The notes under the pieces: generated by a model
Seen by the model: only the letters and a program-made list of their open reading frames with translations
Database searches by the model: none
Told to the model about the DNA's origin: nothing
In this document: in pieces, positions 33,945 to 35,913 of the stretch
How positions within the stretch are numbered: position 1 is the stretch's first letter
How the letters are laid out: each line of letters starts with the position of its first letter
Translations under genes and position numbers: made by a program
Source: a virus
Taxonomy: Duplodnaviria; Caudoviricetes
IMG/VR virus record: IMGVR_UViG_3300025030_000286
Location: 1 to 35,913 of that record
DNA length: 35,913 nucleotides
Reading direction: 5' to 3' (one strand)

Positions 33945-34522
33945 GCCACTGTTACCTCCGTAGTATCAGGTCCAAAGTATCCAATCTTCTTGAATACCAA
34001 CGTATAGGTACCTGGAATAAGACTCATTGTATTACTCCAAACTCCTCCTGCTACTGTCAATGTTACTCCTTGAATATATTCTGAACTTCTTCTATCTGCA
34101 TCGTAATCTGATTTAAGATAAGCTGTTACTGTTGCTCCTTGTACTCCGACATCAAGTGAAGTCCTATAAGCAAGAGCATTAGCTCCTTCATAGTTGTGGT
34201 CTATAACTACCCTTTCTATTTCTGAACCAGAACCCGAAGCAGAACTACTTGTTGTATCAGTTAAAGCTATGACTGTTGAATCAGTGGAGTCTACAATCTC
34301 TACATCAAAAGGTCCTCCGGTAGGAGCTGTGAATTCAACTACATATCCAGAATCTAGTGGAGAGGAGTCAGGATATTCAGTCATGAATTTTTGAGTGTCA
34401 GCTGATTCTGCTGCATCCCATTCGCCGGTGATGAAATTATAGTATTCACGAATTGAATTCCTTATTCTTAGAAATATTGTAGCATTTCCAAGTCCTATTG
34501 TATAACGATGAGATTTATTCAT
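33941..34522 (-). CDS. Putative structural protein with Ig/CnaB-like C-terminal domain
   Basis: VQGATVTAY...T...G.W...L.PGTYTLVF.K.GY pattern. Confidence 0.55.
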   Translation of the reverse strand: MNKSHRYTIGLGNATIFLRIRNSIREYYNFITGEWDAAESADTQKFMTEYPDSSPLDSGYVVEFTAPTGGPFDVEIVDSTDSTVIALTDTTSSSASGSGSEIERVVIDHNYEGANALAYRTSLDVGVQGATVTAYLKSDYDADRRSSEYIQGVTLTVAGGVWSNTMSLIPGTYTLVFKKIGYFGPDTTEVTVA

Positions 34523-34556
34523 ATATCCTCCTCCACAGTGTTTGAAGTGTCGTTAT

Positions 34557-34591
34557 CCGCCACCATGCGTCCTCGGCGGTGATGGTGGCGG
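34557..34591. repeat. GC-rich perfect 10-bp inverted repeat right after the tail fibre stop codon
   Basis: CCGCCACCAT-N15-ATGGTGGCGG. Confidence 0.85.
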
Positions 34592-34593
34592 TG

Positions 34594-35913
34594 TTAATTA
34601 CAAGTGCAGCTGCCGTCAGCAGCAATAACCGTTGAACAGTAGCCAAGGGTTTTACCGTCAGACTTCCAGCAGATTGCTTTGTTGACTGAACCGCCGCTTT
34701 GAATAACAACAGCGCCTGACGATGATATGCGAAGTTTTTCCGTGCGCGTCCCACTCACTCTAGGATAAAAAACAATGGCCCCGGTAGTGTCCGATCCGTC
34801 CCTAACCGCGCCAATATCCGCAACAAGTGAATTGGCAGCTCCTGAATCAGTAAACCCAAACGAAATTGATGATCCAAACGTATCCCCGGCATCGGTGGCA
34901 GTGTTGGAGTGAATGAAGTTAAACACGCCATTTTGGCCAGTTCCGGCGCTGGTGCGGGTAGCTGACCCCGCTACGCCATTGTTTATAACCTCAAATTTCA
35001 ATGTTGGGCTGGTTGTGTCGCCTATACGGACGCCTACAGATGTGGCTTTCATGATGCCGGTTGCATCCGGAGATACAGTGAATGCGCCGTCGGTTCCGGT
35101 GTCGCTTACGGTGGCTGTCGTATTGCCAACTATAATTTCTGTCGGGGTGGCTGTGCTACTTAAAATATCCTCTACCTGATATGAACCAGTGCTTGAATCG
35201 AGAGGTGTCAATGCCGCACTTTTATAAGCGCCAAGAGTCCATGCTGAATTACTATGAACGCCGTTGATATTGAAATAGTCACCCGCTGAAGCACTATCAA
35301 TGGTCATGTCTGAAGAAGTGTTGTTGACGAGTAAGGTACGGGCGGGTTTAGTTGTGTACGTAGCCCCTGTGCTTATCAACTGAGGTACGGTATGCGTGGC
35401 CCCTGCTGTAAAAATAACTACTTTGCCAAAGTCACTAATGCTTGGATTTTGCCCATCACCATAGGAAACTATCGCGCTGTATTGCATTCCGCCAACGCCA
35501 GTAAGCCCTGATCCGTCGCCCACAAAGGCAGTTGCTGAAACAGTGCCCGTTACACTGAGCTTGTCTGTGCCGTCAGTGTTTCCGATCAACAGATTCCCGG
35601 CAGAAGTAAGGCGCATTTTTTCAGTATATGAAGCATCCCCGTCAGCCGCCCCTGATGAGCTTTCACCCGTTGCGGTCATGAATTGGAGAAAACCGGGATG
35701 TGCGTTTGCCCCATTTGGTGCAGCTTCCCCATCAACTCGTACCGCCGCCAAATACCTATGGCCTGCCGGTGCCGTTGCGTCATACCCCATACCTGCGAAT
35801 AAAGTTACTACGTCATTGGCCTGAATAGACTCAGGAGATGCTATCGTGCCACGTGATCGTCTAAATATAAGACCTGAAGCAGCGCCAGCGTTGAGGCTCG
35901 ATGCCTTTTCCTG
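34594..35913 (-). CDS. Tail fibre/receptor-binding protein, C-terminal part (start outside window)
   Basis: Frame stays open to 35913; EKMRLTSAGNLLIG and EKLRISSSG fibre repeats, RSRGT.ASP motif, Cys-rich C-terminus. Confidence 0.8.
   Translation of the reverse strand, partial: QEKASSLNAGAASGLIFRRSRGTIASPESIQANDVVTLFAGMGYDATAPAGHRYLAAVRVDGEAAPNGANAHPGFLQFMTATGESSSGAADGDASYTEKMRLTSAGNLLIGNTDGTDKLSVTGTVSATAFVGDGSGLTGVGGMQYSAIVSYGDGQNPSISDFGKVVIFTAGATHTVPQLISTGATYTTKPARTLLVNNTSSDMTIDSASAGDYFNINGVHSNSAWTLGAYKSAALTPLDSSTGSYQVEDILSSTATPTEIIVGNTTATVSDTGTDGAFTVSPDATGIMKATSVGVRIGDTTSPTLKFEVINNGVAGSATRTSAGTGQNGVFNFIHSNTATDAGDTFGSSISFGFTDSGAANSLVADIGAVRDGSDTTGAIVFYPRVSGTRTEKLRISSSGAVVIQSGGSVNKAICWKSDGKTLGYCSTVIAADGSCTCN

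Larger units (their letters stand above)
1..35913. mobile_element. Tailed dsDNA bacteriophage genome segment (podovirus-like), no host genes visible
   Basis: Terminase, primase/helicase, PolA, ligase, tail fibre, endolysin genes; tightly packed divergent arms; no integrase or host housekeeping genes in the window. Confidence 0.96.

Noticed and set aside
34557-34750. Diversity-generating retroelement target
   Set aside because: No reverse transcriptase or template repeat in the window and the C-terminus is not an obvious C-type lectin variable region; cannot be excluded outside the window
34515-34754. 79-aa minus-strand ORF
   Set aside because: Alternative frame overlapping the tail fibre 3' end and the hairpin; no RBS
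1-35913. tRNA/rRNA genes and alternative genetic code
   Set aside because: No cloverleaf with T-loop consensus noticed in intergenic gaps; long ORFs are intact under code 11 and TAA, TAG and TGA all act as stops

Overview
The whole window is a fragment of a tailed dsDNA bacteriophage genome, probably a podovirus of a diderm host (lipobox lipoprotein plus GH24 endolysin, no tape measure gene seen). It has two opposed arms. The + strand arm (1885-19741) starts with early genes: a J-domain protein, many CxxC microproteins, a pentapeptide-repeat protein and an acidic-tailed protein, driven by TTTACA/extended -10 sigma70-like promoters. A replication and nucleotide-metabolism module follows: primase, DnaB-like helicase, two thymidylate-synthase-fold genes flanking an ATP-dependent ligase, dCMP deaminase, UDG-fused PolA, SSB, Cas4-like/HIRAN nuclease, all-alpha dNTP pyrophosphatase and RusA. 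The - strand arm holds terS/terL at the left edge and, at the right, tail fibres, adaptor, nozzle-like protein, putative ejection proteins (one carrying an intein) and a lysis cassette of holin, lysozyme, class-3 lipase and lipoprotein. Portal and capsid genes are not seen and presumably lie outside the window. The most interesting signals are: (1) a probable pyrimidine-modification system built on two dCMP-type TS paralogs and a polymerase with a remodelled UDG domain; (2) a family of dispersed CG-containing intergenic elements; (3) a small helical module shared by three early proteins; (4) a lipase inside the lysis cassette; (5) an intein in a putative virion protein. All family assignments come from motif recognition by eye, not from database searches.
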